From Candidatus Cloacimonadales bacterium (GTDB lineage Bacteria; Cloacimonadota; Cloacimonadia; Cloacimonadales; JAFGVF01), in contig OY759729.1 of the NCBI GenBank assembly GCA_963662585.1, positions 1,504,001 through 1,568,000 of the forward strand: a stretch of DNA of 64,000 nucleotides. Reading direction: 5' to 3'. Below the pieces are notes generated by a model, which did not search any database, had not been told where the DNA came from, and saw nothing but the letters and a program-made list of their open reading frames with translations. Position 1 is the first letter of the stretch, and the number at the start of each line of letters is the position of its first letter. This document shows, piece after piece, positions 1 to 8,877 of the stretch. Both the position numbers and the translations under genes were made by a program.

Positions 1-1176
1 TAGACCACTAACGATAAATGTATCTCCACTAGGAACAGTAATAGTTGAGTTAACTTTTCTAACTTTTGTTCTTGGTACATATCCACCAACAAGATCAATC
101 ACAGAACTAATTTCTGGTTCAATCATTGTAGTAATTTCATTTTCTGAATTTACTTTTGGAGTAATATTAAGTTTGATACCAGTGTCTTCTCTTTCAACTT
201 GGATTTCTTTATCGTTGTCAGTAACAACATAAGGTAAAGATTCACCAATATGAACATAAGCAGACTCACCATTTTGTGAAGTTAAGCGAGTATCTGTTAA
301 CATTTTAGCAGAATTATTTTCTAATAACCAATCGATAGTAATGTCAAAAGCATACAATTGTCTTGAGAATTTACCGAAGTCATCCCAATCACTCATTTTT
401 TGGAAATATTGGTTACCAGGTAAAACACCTAATTCTGAGGCATCACCAAAAGGTAGTGAGCCAGTTTCATCAGTGTAGTTAAATGGTAAGCCAACACCAG
501 CAGCATTAACAGGATCTTCAGCAATAATAGTTGTTAAGTTATTAAGTTTTGACCAGTCAATACCCATTTTTTTAGAATCAGTAAGGTTAACTTCAATAAC
601 TCTAACTCTGATTTGAACTTGCTTTTGAGGCATATCTAATTTTTTAATTTGATTTTCGATGTCAGCATAGGTTTCAGGATTAGCTCTAATTAAAAGAGCA
701 TTTTGTCCAGAAACTTCAATAACTTCACCAGGAATATCTTTAAAAGCTTTAACTATTTTTTGAGCATCAATATATTTCAATTGATAAGTATAGTTTCTTG
801 TTCCTGATTCTTGTTCTACAACAGTTGAAGGTCCAATTAAAAATGTATTTGAACCAATAACTTTATAAGAAAAGCCATAAGATTTTGACACTAAAGAAAT
901 TGCATTTTCTACAGAGATATCATTCAATCTTACTGTTACGCGTTTTTCTTCATCATTAGCACTCTTAGTACCTTCTGTTGCTACTACAATATTGATGCCT
1001 GTAAGTTCTGAGATTGACTCAATAACTGTTGAGATTGTAGCATCTTTAAAATAAAGATTTTCTATCTTCTTTACTAATAAATCTTCATCATTCTGAGCAA
1101 ATGCAAAGGAAACACTCAAAAGTAATGTTAATATAATTAGAGTAAATTTTTTTATTCTAACATTGAATATTTTCAT
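1..1176 (-). CDS. pilQ: Type IV pilus / T2SS secretin (PilQ-like), runs off the window start
   Basis: Manual translation from ATG at 1176 (AGGAGA RBS upstream): MKIFNVRIKKFTLIIL...LYFKDATISTVIESISELTGINIVV...LDMPQKQVQIRVRVIEVNLTDSKKMGIDWS...IHIGESLPY...DTGIKLNITPKVNSENEI. These are secretin-type motifs, and the gene follows pilMNOP. Confidence 0.88.
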   Translation of the reverse strand, partial: MKIFNVRIKKFTLIILTLLLSVSFAFAQNDEDLLVKKIENLYFKDATISTVIESISELTGINIVVATEGTKSANDEEKRVTVRLNDISVENAISLVSKSYGFSYKVIGSNTFLIGPSTVVEQESGTRNYTYQLKYIDAQKIVKAFKDIPGEVIEVSGQNALLIRANPETYADIENQIKKLDMPQKQVQIRVRVIEVNLTDSKKMGIDWSKLNNLTTIIAEDPVNAAGVGLPFNYTDETGSLPFGDASELGVLPGNQYFQKMSDWDDFGKFSRQLYAFDITIDWLLENNSAKMLTDTRLTSQNGESAYVHIGESLPYVVTDNDKEIQVEREDTGIKLNITPKVNSENEITTMIEPEISSVIDLVGGYVPRTKVRKVNSTITVPSGDTFIVSGL

Positions 1177-1193
1177 AGTTTCTCCTACCTATT

Positions 1194-1748
1194 TTAATAA
1201 TTTTCATTAGCGAAATTGTCGCTTTTTGGGGAAGTCTTTTCAGAAGGAATATCAAATATATTCATTCTCTCTTTTACTACTAATTTAGTCCCATCAGATA
1301 ATACTGCTGTTTGGCTAACAGGATTAGCAGATCTAATACTTAGTTTAGAACCTTGTATCTTTTCGCCAACACGGTATTGACCTTCAATATCTTTATGTTC
1401 AATTCCAACTAAAACAACATCACCAAACTTTAAGACACCATATAATCTAATTTGATTATATCTTTTCTGTAATCTAAGCTTGATTTCATCTACTTTTTGA
1501 GGTAAGATGATATCTTGTTTGAGCGGGTCTTTACTTATAGAGAAAGTAAACTCTTTTCTTTGCTTAATTCCCTGTTCAATCTCGATAGCTTTCTTAAGTA
1601 AGTTAGAATCAACTTCTTGTTCAGCATAAGCGGATTTAGGGTCAACACTTTGTTCTGTATCATAGTGTTTAACAGCAAATACAGCGAGTACTATAATTGA
1701 TGCAACTAACAGAATATAAGCTAAGTCTTTTACATATCTATATTCCAT
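1194..1748 (-). CDS. PilP-like pilus assembly protein
   Basis: N-terminal membrane anchor, a 'KDPL' segment and a 'RLYGVL...YRVGEKI' beta domain; lies between pilO and pilQ. Confidence 0.6.
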   Translation of the reverse strand: MEYRYVKDLAYILLVASIIVLAVFAVKHYDTEQSVDPKSAYAEQEVDSNLLKKAIEIEQGIKQRKEFTFSISKDPLKQDIILPQKVDEIKLRLQKRYNQIRLYGVLKFGDVVLVGIEHKDIEGQYRVGEKIQGSKLSIRSANPVSQTAVLSDGTKLVVKERMNIFDIPSEKTSPKSDNFANENY

Positions 1749-1750
1749 AA

Positions 1751-2308
1751 TTACCTCATCTTATGTTTTACGAATGAAATGCTCAAATTGACGATATAGT
1801 TCTTTTCTAATTCTTGAACATTAGTAACGTCTTGTTTCTTTTCAACTTTATTCTCAGGATCAATACTAAAGTCATTGATCACTGTTAGATAATCCATCTT
1901 TTCAATATCGTTTAAAAATCTACCTAATTTTACATAAGTAGAAGTAAATTCAAATGAAAATTCATGTTCTAACTGTTCTGAGGAAGTGAAAAGATCTTTA
2001 TGGTTAATACCTGAGATATTAATGCCATATTTCTGGGCAATTTCATCCATTGTGAAAATGATTTCATGAATTTCATCAGATGAGAATTCATTATCTTTTG
2101 TTAAAGTATGAGATAAAATAGTAGTAAATTCACCAAGCTTCTCATTTTGTACAATAAGACTATTCAAATCTTGACGAGCGGATTTAATTTTTTTATCCAA
2201 CTTTGTTATATCATTTACTTTGTTTGAAATAACTTGATCAGCAAAATAGTAATATGCAAATGAGGAGATAATTATTAAGATAATTAGGATAAAGTAGTTA
2301 CGCTTCAT
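1751..2308 (-). CDS. pilO: Type IV pilus assembly protein PilO
   Basis: TM helix, coiled coil, then 'FTSTYVKLGRFLNDIEKMDYL' (PilO-like); operon position. Confidence 0.75.
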   Translation of the reverse strand: MKRNYFILIILIIISSFAYYYFADQVISNKVNDITKLDKKIKSARQDLNSLIVQNEKLGEFTTILSHTLTKDNEFSSDEIHEIIFTMDEIAQKYGINISGINHKDLFTSSEQLEHEFSFEFTSTYVKLGRFLNDIEKMDYLTVINDFSIDPENKVEKKQDVTNVQELEKNYIVNLSISFVKHKMR

Positions 2309-2928
2309 TTTCTTCTCCTTCTTTCATAGTATTTGCTGCTACATTGGATTTTAAAATCATAAATTACATCCATATCGCTGTCTGTTTCAATGTTGAGCAT
2401 CTTCTTAACTAAATCTCTGTTAACAAATTCGACTGATCTGAAGTCATTGAATTCTTCTCTTTCAATTAAACTAGTTCTATACTTGTTAATAATATCTTGA
2501 GGAACTTCATGTTTCTTGGCTTTAATCAGACCGACTAGGTCCCAGTTTCCACTTTTGTAAGAAAATTTAGAGATTGCTAAACTATCAGAAGTGATCTCAG
2601 CTAATGCTTGTAACTTCTTAGTCCAGAATATTCTTCTGTTATAGGCTTGAGCAAATCTTTCCATATCTTTTTCTAAGTTTTGAGAACTGGTAGAGCTCAC
2701 AATATTGTCATAAGAATTGATTTGTTTATTGATCTCAGCTAATTGATCTTTACGAGTTTGAATCTTCTTATCTAAATTTAGACTATTAAAATAGGTAAAA
2801 CCTGAAATTGCTAATACTATAATAATAAAGGCTAAAACAGTATTAATGTAGGTTTTTTTCTCTTTAAGAGCTTTTAATCTCTCTTCACCAAATTTATTTA
2901 AGTTAATTCCAAAATAGAATTGTTCCAT
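2305..2928 (-). CDS. pilN: Type IV pilus assembly protein PilN
   Basis: N-terminal 'INLN' PilM-binding-type motif, TM helix and coiled coil; directly after pilM. Confidence 0.72.
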   Translation of the reverse strand: MEQFYFGINLNKFGEERLKALKEKKTYINTVLAFIIIVLAISGFTYFNSLNLDKKIQTRKDQLAEINKQINSYDNIVSSTSSQNLEKDMERFAQAYNRRIFWTKKLQALAEITSDSLAISKFSYKSGNWDLVGLIKAKKHEVPQDIINKYRTSLIEREEFNDFRSVEFVNRDLVKKMLNIETDSDMDVIYDFKIQCSSKYYERRRRK

Positions 2929-2938
2929 TCATCCCCCT

Positions 2939-4006
2939 CTATTCCGGTCTCATAGCAAGACCTAATGCAAGGCAAAGCTGTGGATCTTGACTATTTTTGA
3001 ATTTATCCGGCATTTCAATTGAGCTAAATGGATTATAGACTTCAGTTGGTACATTAATTTTTGATTCAATATACTGACTAAGTCCTTTCACTTTAGCAGA
3101 ACCACCCATAAGATAGACTTTTCTGAAATCACTGTTTCCAGCTTCTTTAACATAGAATCTAATTGATCTTCTGATTTCATCAGTGATCAAATCTTCTGTG
3201 TTCTTTTCAGTAATGTCTAACATAGAGAGAGTTGTCTCTCCGCTAGGGCTTGTATTGGTAATACCGTGTTCGATTTTAAATGTCTCTGCTTCAGAATACT
3301 CTATATTATGTTTTCTCATAATATCTTGAGTAAAATTATATCCGCCATAAGCAATATCTCTAGTAAAGAATTTTGCTTTAGGACCATATATAACTATGTT
3401 AGTTCTGTGGGCCCCAACATTAACTAATACAAATACACCTTCCTCTACATAAGAACTTAAGAGAAAAGCATTAGTAATAGCAAATGCATCAATATCAATA
3501 ACTCCAGGTACAATTCCAACTGAAGATAATATATCAGCATGTGTATTAATTACATTTTTAGTTGAAGCAGCCAATACGATATTCATATTATTTGTTTTCT
3601 CTTCAATATTTAAAACTTGGTAATCTAATACCATCTCATTCCCACTTATAGGAATATGTTTTTTTGCTTCAAATGATAGTGCTGAGTCAAGTTCATCTTC
3701 AGGTAAATAAATTGTCTTTACCTGTTTGATGCTTGTATCATCACCACCAATAGAACTTACGACATGCTTAATTTTCTTCGGATTGATTTTCATACCCTTA
3801 AGTATGGAACCAAGAACCGGAGTAAATCGATCATTTCGCAAATCATTTGGTAGATATTCAATCCCTTCAGGAACAGTTGAGCGAACATCAAAGTTCAACA
3901 ACTTGTATCCATGGCTAAGCCGTTTCAAATGAACGACCTTTACACTGTGCGATCCAATATCTATACCAAGTGATTCTTTAAATCTTACCTTAGTTTTTTT
4001 ACTCAT
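2939..4006 (-). CDS. pilM: Type IV pilus assembly ATPase-fold protein PilM
   Basis: 'LGIDIGSHSVKVV', 'VNVGAHRT' and 'VYLMGGSA' actin/FtsA-like motifs. Confidence 0.93.
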   Translation of the reverse strand: MSKKTKVRFKESLGIDIGSHSVKVVHLKRLSHGYKLLNFDVRSTVPEGIEYLPNDLRNDRFTPVLGSILKGMKINPKKIKHVVSSIGGDDTSIKQVKTIYLPEDELDSALSFEAKKHIPISGNEMVLDYQVLNIEEKTNNMNIVLAASTKNVINTHADILSSVGIVPGVIDIDAFAITNAFLLSSYVEEGVFVLVNVGAHRTNIVIYGPKAKFFTRDIAYGGYNFTQDIMRKHNIEYSEAETFKIEHGITNTSPSGETTLSMLDITEKNTEDLITDEIRRSIRFYVKEAGNSDFRKVYLMGGSAKVKGLSQYIESKINVPTEVYNPFSSIEMPDKFKNSQDPQLCLALGLAMRPE

Positions 4007-4027
4007 ATCGCCTCTTTATTTTTGTTA

Positions 4028-5983
4028 TTAATCAAATCGTAAATCATAAGGAGCATTTTCTCCTCTATATATATACCAACTTTCAGGATCAAAAGCAGTA
4101 GTACCACCCTCGAGATGAACTTGAGGGAATTTAGGTGGTGGAGAATTTTTGAATCTATAATCATAATTATAGTTTTTCTTATATCCTACACCTGAACCAG
4201 TAGCACCAGGAGATGGAGGTAACCCTAAAACTCTTGGGCCAGCACCATACTCATAATTAGCTATATCCCAAACGCCAGTATTATTGACAGGATCGTTTCC
4301 AGATCTATGTACAAATCCTCTTCTTCTTTGAGCTACAGAACCATAGAGGTTAATTGTTCCTCTTTCCATAAAGGTTTCTGATCTCTTTTCTGGCCATAAT
4401 GGACCATAATATGGGAAACAATAAGCGGGAGACCAAGGTGCATCCCTTTCGTCCATATAAAAGAAGTGTAGAGGACCCCAACCGTTGTTATATGGGGCTA
4501 TATTGTAGACTGAAAAATCATCCAATTCAACAAGTTGCCCATTTAGTCTAGCAATCAAACCTGGGTGAGGGTGTTGGTATTGAAATGAGAATACACCATC
4601 TTGCATTGAGACTTCACCTTTACCAAGAGCAGCCATTGCAGCGTAGATATATATTCCGCCTTCACCTTCATCACCTTCTATATCTTCATATCTTCCACAA
4701 TTATTCTTTACTCTAATAGAGTCTTCTGGTGATCTATATCCATACTGAATCAGAATACTCTGCTCGGAAATTAACCCAACATAATCTGTTTGGTTAACAG
4801 GACCAGTGAAAGAATCTGTAGTAGGATTATATCCATCAGGATGTGCGCCTTTAGCTGTATTAGCAAGAGTAATATCTCCCGCTAAATACATAGTATCTTG
4901 GCTCGCCCAAGTTTGTCTTCCAGCGAAGTTACCCTGTAACCATAACTCTCCTTTAAAAAAGATCGAGTTATTTTGGACTCTTCCATTACCACGAGGTGTC
5001 CATATAGAGTCTATAACAGTAATATACTGTACTCCTAATGAATCTTCGCGAGGAATAGTATCAGGATCATCCTCAATACCAGCATCATAAACAACTACAG
5101 AATCTGCAGCAAGAACTACTCTATCGAGATACCACAGATCGAAGTTTTGACCATTGACGGTTGCAAACATAGCATCACCTGGGTCTATATCAACCTGCCT
5201 TCCTGTTCTTGCTTCATTAGCATTTTCTGGAAATTGCACTTTTGGAAGATTTTCTGTATAATCATCTAAAAATACATCGTCATAAGGAATAGAGCCTGAA
5301 CCACCCCATGGTTTTATTTCGCCAGAGGTATATACATGGTCATAGAATGTAGGCCAGCCATTATTATTGCCACCACCACCCTGCTGGATGTATATATCTG
5401 TATTAGAACGAACAATACCATGAATTTCATCAGGTCCCCAAAATTTAACTTTATCAGGATCACCTAAATCAACATTGATTGAGGCTTCATTATCTGTGAA
5501 ATAATGGAATCCCGCAAAAGTATTATTTTTAATAACTTTTTTACTAAAGAATGTAACAGGTGATTCCTTTGCCTGGGCACCAATACCTGTATAGGCTTTG
5601 CCAAAAGAACTAATATTGATAATATTATTATCAACAAAAGGACTTGCCTCATCACTCTGTTCTTGATAAACTTTAGATTTAAGTTTAAAGGAAAACTTTC
5701 CAATTCCTGAATTAATTGAATAACTTTGACTACCAAGATTTATAGTCGTAATACCAACTAGTCCGCCTGAATCTCCTATTTGATCTTCAGTAACTCTTAT
5801 ACCTCTGGATGTTTCGCTTCTTAAAAGGTGTAGCTGTTCAGCCACCTGATAATTAACCGCTAAATCTTGTGTATCTGAAACTCCAATATGAGCAATGGCA
5901 ATCACAGAAAACAAGGCAACAACCAAAACACCAAAAGCAAGAGTTATGAAACCATTGTCTGATAAGTTCTTAATGTACTTCAT
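4028..5983 (-). CDS. PilX-like large minor pilin (tip-complex component)
   Basis: Class III-like leader 'DNG|FITLAFGVLVV' lacking E5; C-terminal 'GYKKNYNYDYRF..PPP.FP' typical of PilX-like proteins. Confidence 0.65.
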   Translation of the reverse strand: MKYIKNLSDNGFITLAFGVLVVALFSVIAIAHIGVSDTQDLAVNYQVAEQLHLLRSETSRGIRVTEDQIGDSGGLVGITTINLGSQSYSINSGIGKFSFKLKSKVYQEQSDEASPFVDNNIINISSFGKAYTGIGAQAKESPVTFFSKKVIKNNTFAGFHYFTDNEASINVDLGDPDKVKFWGPDEIHGIVRSNTDIYIQQGGGGNNNGWPTFYDHVYTSGEIKPWGGSGSIPYDDVFLDDYTENLPKVQFPENANEARTGRQVDIDPGDAMFATVNGQNFDLWYLDRVVLAADSVVVYDAGIEDDPDTIPREDSLGVQYITVIDSIWTPRGNGRVQNNSIFFKGELWLQGNFAGRQTWASQDTMYLAGDITLANTAKGAHPDGYNPTTDSFTGPVNQTDYVGLISEQSILIQYGYRSPEDSIRVKNNCGRYEDIEGDEGEGGIYIYAAMAALGKGEVSMQDGVFSFQYQHPHPGLIARLNGQLVELDDFSVYNIAPYNNGWGPLHFFYMDERDAPWSPAYCFPYYGPLWPEKRSETFMERGTINLYGSVAQRRRGFVHRSGNDPVNNTGVWDIANYEYGAGPRVLGLPPSPGATGSGVGYKKNYNYDYRFKNSPPPKFPQVHLEGGTTAFDPESWYIYRGENAPYDLRFD

Positions 5984-6672
5984 TCTTTCCTCTTATCTAT
6001 TGCTATAAAGGTTTCATATTCTACAGAATATGGATTTGGGTATGCTCCATACAAATCATCAGTATCTTCAGATAAAAAGATCTTTGCTTTAAGAATAACT
6101 CTTACAATGTCTAAATTATCTGGATCATATGTTTCAGAGATTGGAGCAAACACTAGGCTTTCGACATAAATGTTACGGTTTCTGTTATTAATATCTTCAG
6201 GGAATAATCGAACATTTCTTGAATCTGCTTGGTCTATTCCATAAACATTAGCGTTATATGTAACAAAACCTTGTGATAAAGTTATAGTAACTTCATCATT
6301 TTCACCCAGCGTACTATGATTTTTTGGTGGTTTAAAAGTAATACCAGAGAATCCACTTACATAATTCCCATTTTCAGTATAATAAGTTACACTATTACCA
6401 GTGAAACCCATTGAACTTGCATTCATTAAACCAATAAATTGATGCTTTGAACCATCATCTTCAACAATAGCTTTACCATGCTTAATTGCTAACATGCAAT
6501 CATAAGCTTCCCCATTTAACTTAGAAATTCTTGATAACTGTTGGAATCTTAAACCCCAAGTTGTTAAAACAACTGCGGCAACTAAGAAAACTATCGTACT
6601 GATAGTTAAAGTGGCCATCAGCTCAAGAATAGTAAAACCACTATCTAGTCTTTTTTTATTGTAATCTATCAT
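5980..6672 (-). CDS. Minor pilin (PilW-like), prepilin N-terminal cleavage/methylation motif
   Basis: 'SG|FTILELMATL' prepilin motif. Confidence 0.8.
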   Translation of the reverse strand: MIDYNKKRLDSGFTILELMATLTISTIVFLVAAVVLTTWGLRFQQLSRISKLNGEAYDCMLAIKHGKAIVEDDGSKHQFIGLMNASSMGFTGNSVTYYTENGNYVSGFSGITFKPPKNHSTLGENDEVTITLSQGFVTYNANVYGIDQADSRNVRLFPEDINNRNRNIYVESLVFAPISETYDPDNLDIVRVILKAKIFLSEDTDDLYGAYPNPYSVEYETFIAIDKRKE

Positions 6673-7123
6673 AATACACTTCTATCAAATTTAATGTTTG
6701 AATTTTATTATCTCTACTAGGTTCTTTCCAGGATCCTTTAACAGTTACTGTTGTCCTCAAGTAATTATTCCCTAAGGATTGATATTCATAATCTCTATCA
6801 ATAGAGGTATTAAAATTTATATCAATATTATTTCCATAAGAAGGACTATCAAATTGGAATGTTCCGCCATAAATCGGAATATCATCTGCATTGTTAAACG
6901 AGTCTAAAAACTCGCCAGTTTTCTTCCAATAGAAATAATGGAACTCTAGTCTTGCTGAAGCCAACAGTATAGCCTTACGAGAACGGCCATTTTTAAAGAC
7001 TTGGTTCTCTGTAAATTTGATTCCAACAAATAGGGCAATAATTGCAAAGGAAACAATAACTAAAACTGTTAATAGTTCTATTATAGTAAACCCTGAATCT
7101 TTACACTTTTTTGTTTTTATCAT
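6656..7123 (-). CDS. Minor pilin (PilV-like)
   Basis: 'SG|FTIIELLTVLVI' prepilin motif. Confidence 0.8.
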   Translation of the reverse strand: MIKTKKCKDSGFTIIELLTVLVIVSFAIIALFVGIKFTENQVFKNGRSRKAILLASARLEFHYFYWKKTGEFLDSFNNADDIPIYGGTFQFDSPSYGNNIDINFNTSIDRDYEYQSLGNNYLRTTVTVKGSWKEPSRDNKIQTLNLIEVYYDRLQ

Positions 7124-8181
7124 CCGCTAAATCCTGCACCTGTTGCGAAGATCTTAGGATTATCAGCAACTTTTTCTGCAGTCTTTCTATCTAAATTACC
7201 GTTCATAACATGATTATAAAGAGATTGATCCTTAGTCTGCATACCTTCTTTTGTCCCAGATTGGATAACTGAAGGTATTTGATAAGTTTTCTCTTCACGA
7301 ATCAAGTTTCTTACCGCTGCATTAGCGATCATAATCTCTAAAGCAGGAACTCGACCTTTACCATCTTTAGTAGGAAGCAATGTTTGAGCAATAACTGCCT
7401 CTAAAGATTCAGAAAGCATTGATCTAACTTGAGCCTGTTGTTCTTTAGGGAACATATCAATGATACGGTCAATAGATTTTGTAGCACTACTAGTGTGAAG
7501 TGTTGCGAAAACTAAGTGACCTGTTTCTGATGCAGTAAGAGCAAGAGAAACTGTCTCTAAGTCACGCATTTCACCGACAAGAATCACATCTGGATCTTCA
7601 CGCAGAGCTGATCTTAGCGCTGCGGTAAAAGAGTGTGTGTCATGTCCAAGTTCACGCTGATTAACCAAGCTGTTCTTACTTTTATGAACAAACTCAATTG
7701 GATCTTCAATTGTTATAATATGTTTTTGTGAGTGGTCATTAATAGAGTCAACCATTGTCGCTAGAGTAGTAGATTTACCACTACCAGTAGGACCAGTAAC
7801 TAGAATAAGACCTTTCTCTTTGAAAGTTAGCGATCTAAGTGTTTCAGGTAAATATAATTCCTCATAAGTTTTTATCTCATTAGGAATCACACGAAAAGCC
7901 GCAGCTAAACCATTAATCTGAGTAAAGGCGTTAACACGGAATCTAACTTCATTTGAAAGTTTAGTAGAAAAGTCAATTTCTAACTTTTCATGAAACATTT
8001 CAATTTGAGATTCATTCATAACACTAAATATTAGGTTTTGAATTTCTTCCTCAGTCATTAAAGGAATGTTCAACTTTTTCATTTTACCATGAACACGAAC
8101 CATGGGGTGAGAACCTGCACTAATGTGCAAATCTGAAGCCCCGGCATCTGAAGTAAATTTTAATAATTCTTGAATAGTCAT
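7120..8181 (-). CDS. pilT: Twitching motility retraction ATPase PilT
   Basis: 'ASDLHI', Walker A GPTGSGKS, 'TIEDPIE', 'LREDPDVILVGEMRD', 'TLHT' and AIRNLIRE-like 'AVRNLIRE'. Confidence 0.96.
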   Translation of the reverse strand: MTIQELLKFTSDAGASDLHISAGSHPMVRVHGKMKKLNIPLMTEEEIQNLIFSVMNESQIEMFHEKLEIDFSTKLSNEVRFRVNAFTQINGLAAAFRVIPNEIKTYEELYLPETLRSLTFKEKGLILVTGPTGSGKSTTLATMVDSINDHSQKHIITIEDPIEFVHKSKNSLVNQRELGHDTHSFTAALRSALREDPDVILVGEMRDLETVSLALTASETGHLVFATLHTSSATKSIDRIIDMFPKEQQAQVRSMLSESLEAVIAQTLLPTKDGKGRVPALEIMIANAAVRNLIREEKTYQIPSVIQSGTKEGMQTKDQSLYNHVMNGNLDRKTAEKVADNPKIFATGAGFSG

Positions 8182-8236
8182 CCAGCCTCCCGAAATTATA
8201 AACTTTCTAAAAACAATTTAAAGGTTACCCTCTAAA

Positions 8237-8668
8237 TTAATTTTCACCACCAGTTTCAACATCGGTAAAGGTATCGATTCCCCAGCCGGTGTAAGAGTTG
8301 TCTTCAACGATAAATCTAACTTGTTTTCCTTCACCGGAATCAAATTCTGCAGTTGAAGTACAGATATACTCTTGTGGTGGGTTACCGATTACATCAAATT
8401 CCCATTGTTCTCTAACTGCTGTAGAAATACCAGCATCATCTAATGCATCTTCAATTTCATAACCATCAGTTGTACCATTCATAGTGAAATAAGTGTCGTA
8501 AGCCTGTTTAACTGAACGCAAATAAGCCTTAGGACCAGCTGCTTTACCTCTTTCTGTGTAACGAAGATAAATTGGAACCGCAATAGATGCTAAAATAGTC
8601 ATAATAATAATAACAGCTAAAAGTTCCACTAAACTAAATCCCTTGTCTTTCTTCATAAATCTGAACAT
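8237..8668 (-). CDS. pilA: Type IVa major pilin
   Basis: 'KG|FSLVELLAVIIIMTILASIAVP' prepilin motif; first gene of the operon; strong GGGAGG RBS. Confidence 0.8.
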   Translation of the reverse strand: MFRFMKKDKGFSLVELLAVIIIMTILASIAVPIYLRYTERGKAAGPKAYLRSVKQAYDTYFTMNGTTDGYEIEDALDDAGISTAVREQWEFDVIGNPPQEYICTSTAEFDSGEGKQVRFIVEDNSYTGWGIDTFTDVETGGEN

Positions 8669-8724
8669 AATGTTCCTCCCAATTAAGTATTTTTACTTTT
8701 TTTTTAATATTCACAGTAGTACAT

Positions 8725-8740
8725 TGCACATACCATACCA
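8725..8740 (-). promoter_or_regulatory. Sigma54 (-24/-12) promoter of the pilin operon
   Basis: Minus strand TGGTATGGTATGTGCA: GG-N10-GC spacing of the RpoN consensus, ~56 nt upstream of the pilin ATG. Confidence 0.6.
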
Positions 8741-8877
8741 AAAAAAGACAAAATTTCTCATTTTTTGATTTTTAAATAAAAGTCTTGACTCAAAGTTATA
8801 GTTTTGCAATTTCTGTAACCAAATGAATTAACGAGCGTTTTAGTTAATATTATACAATAGATTTAAGGAGTCTAAGA

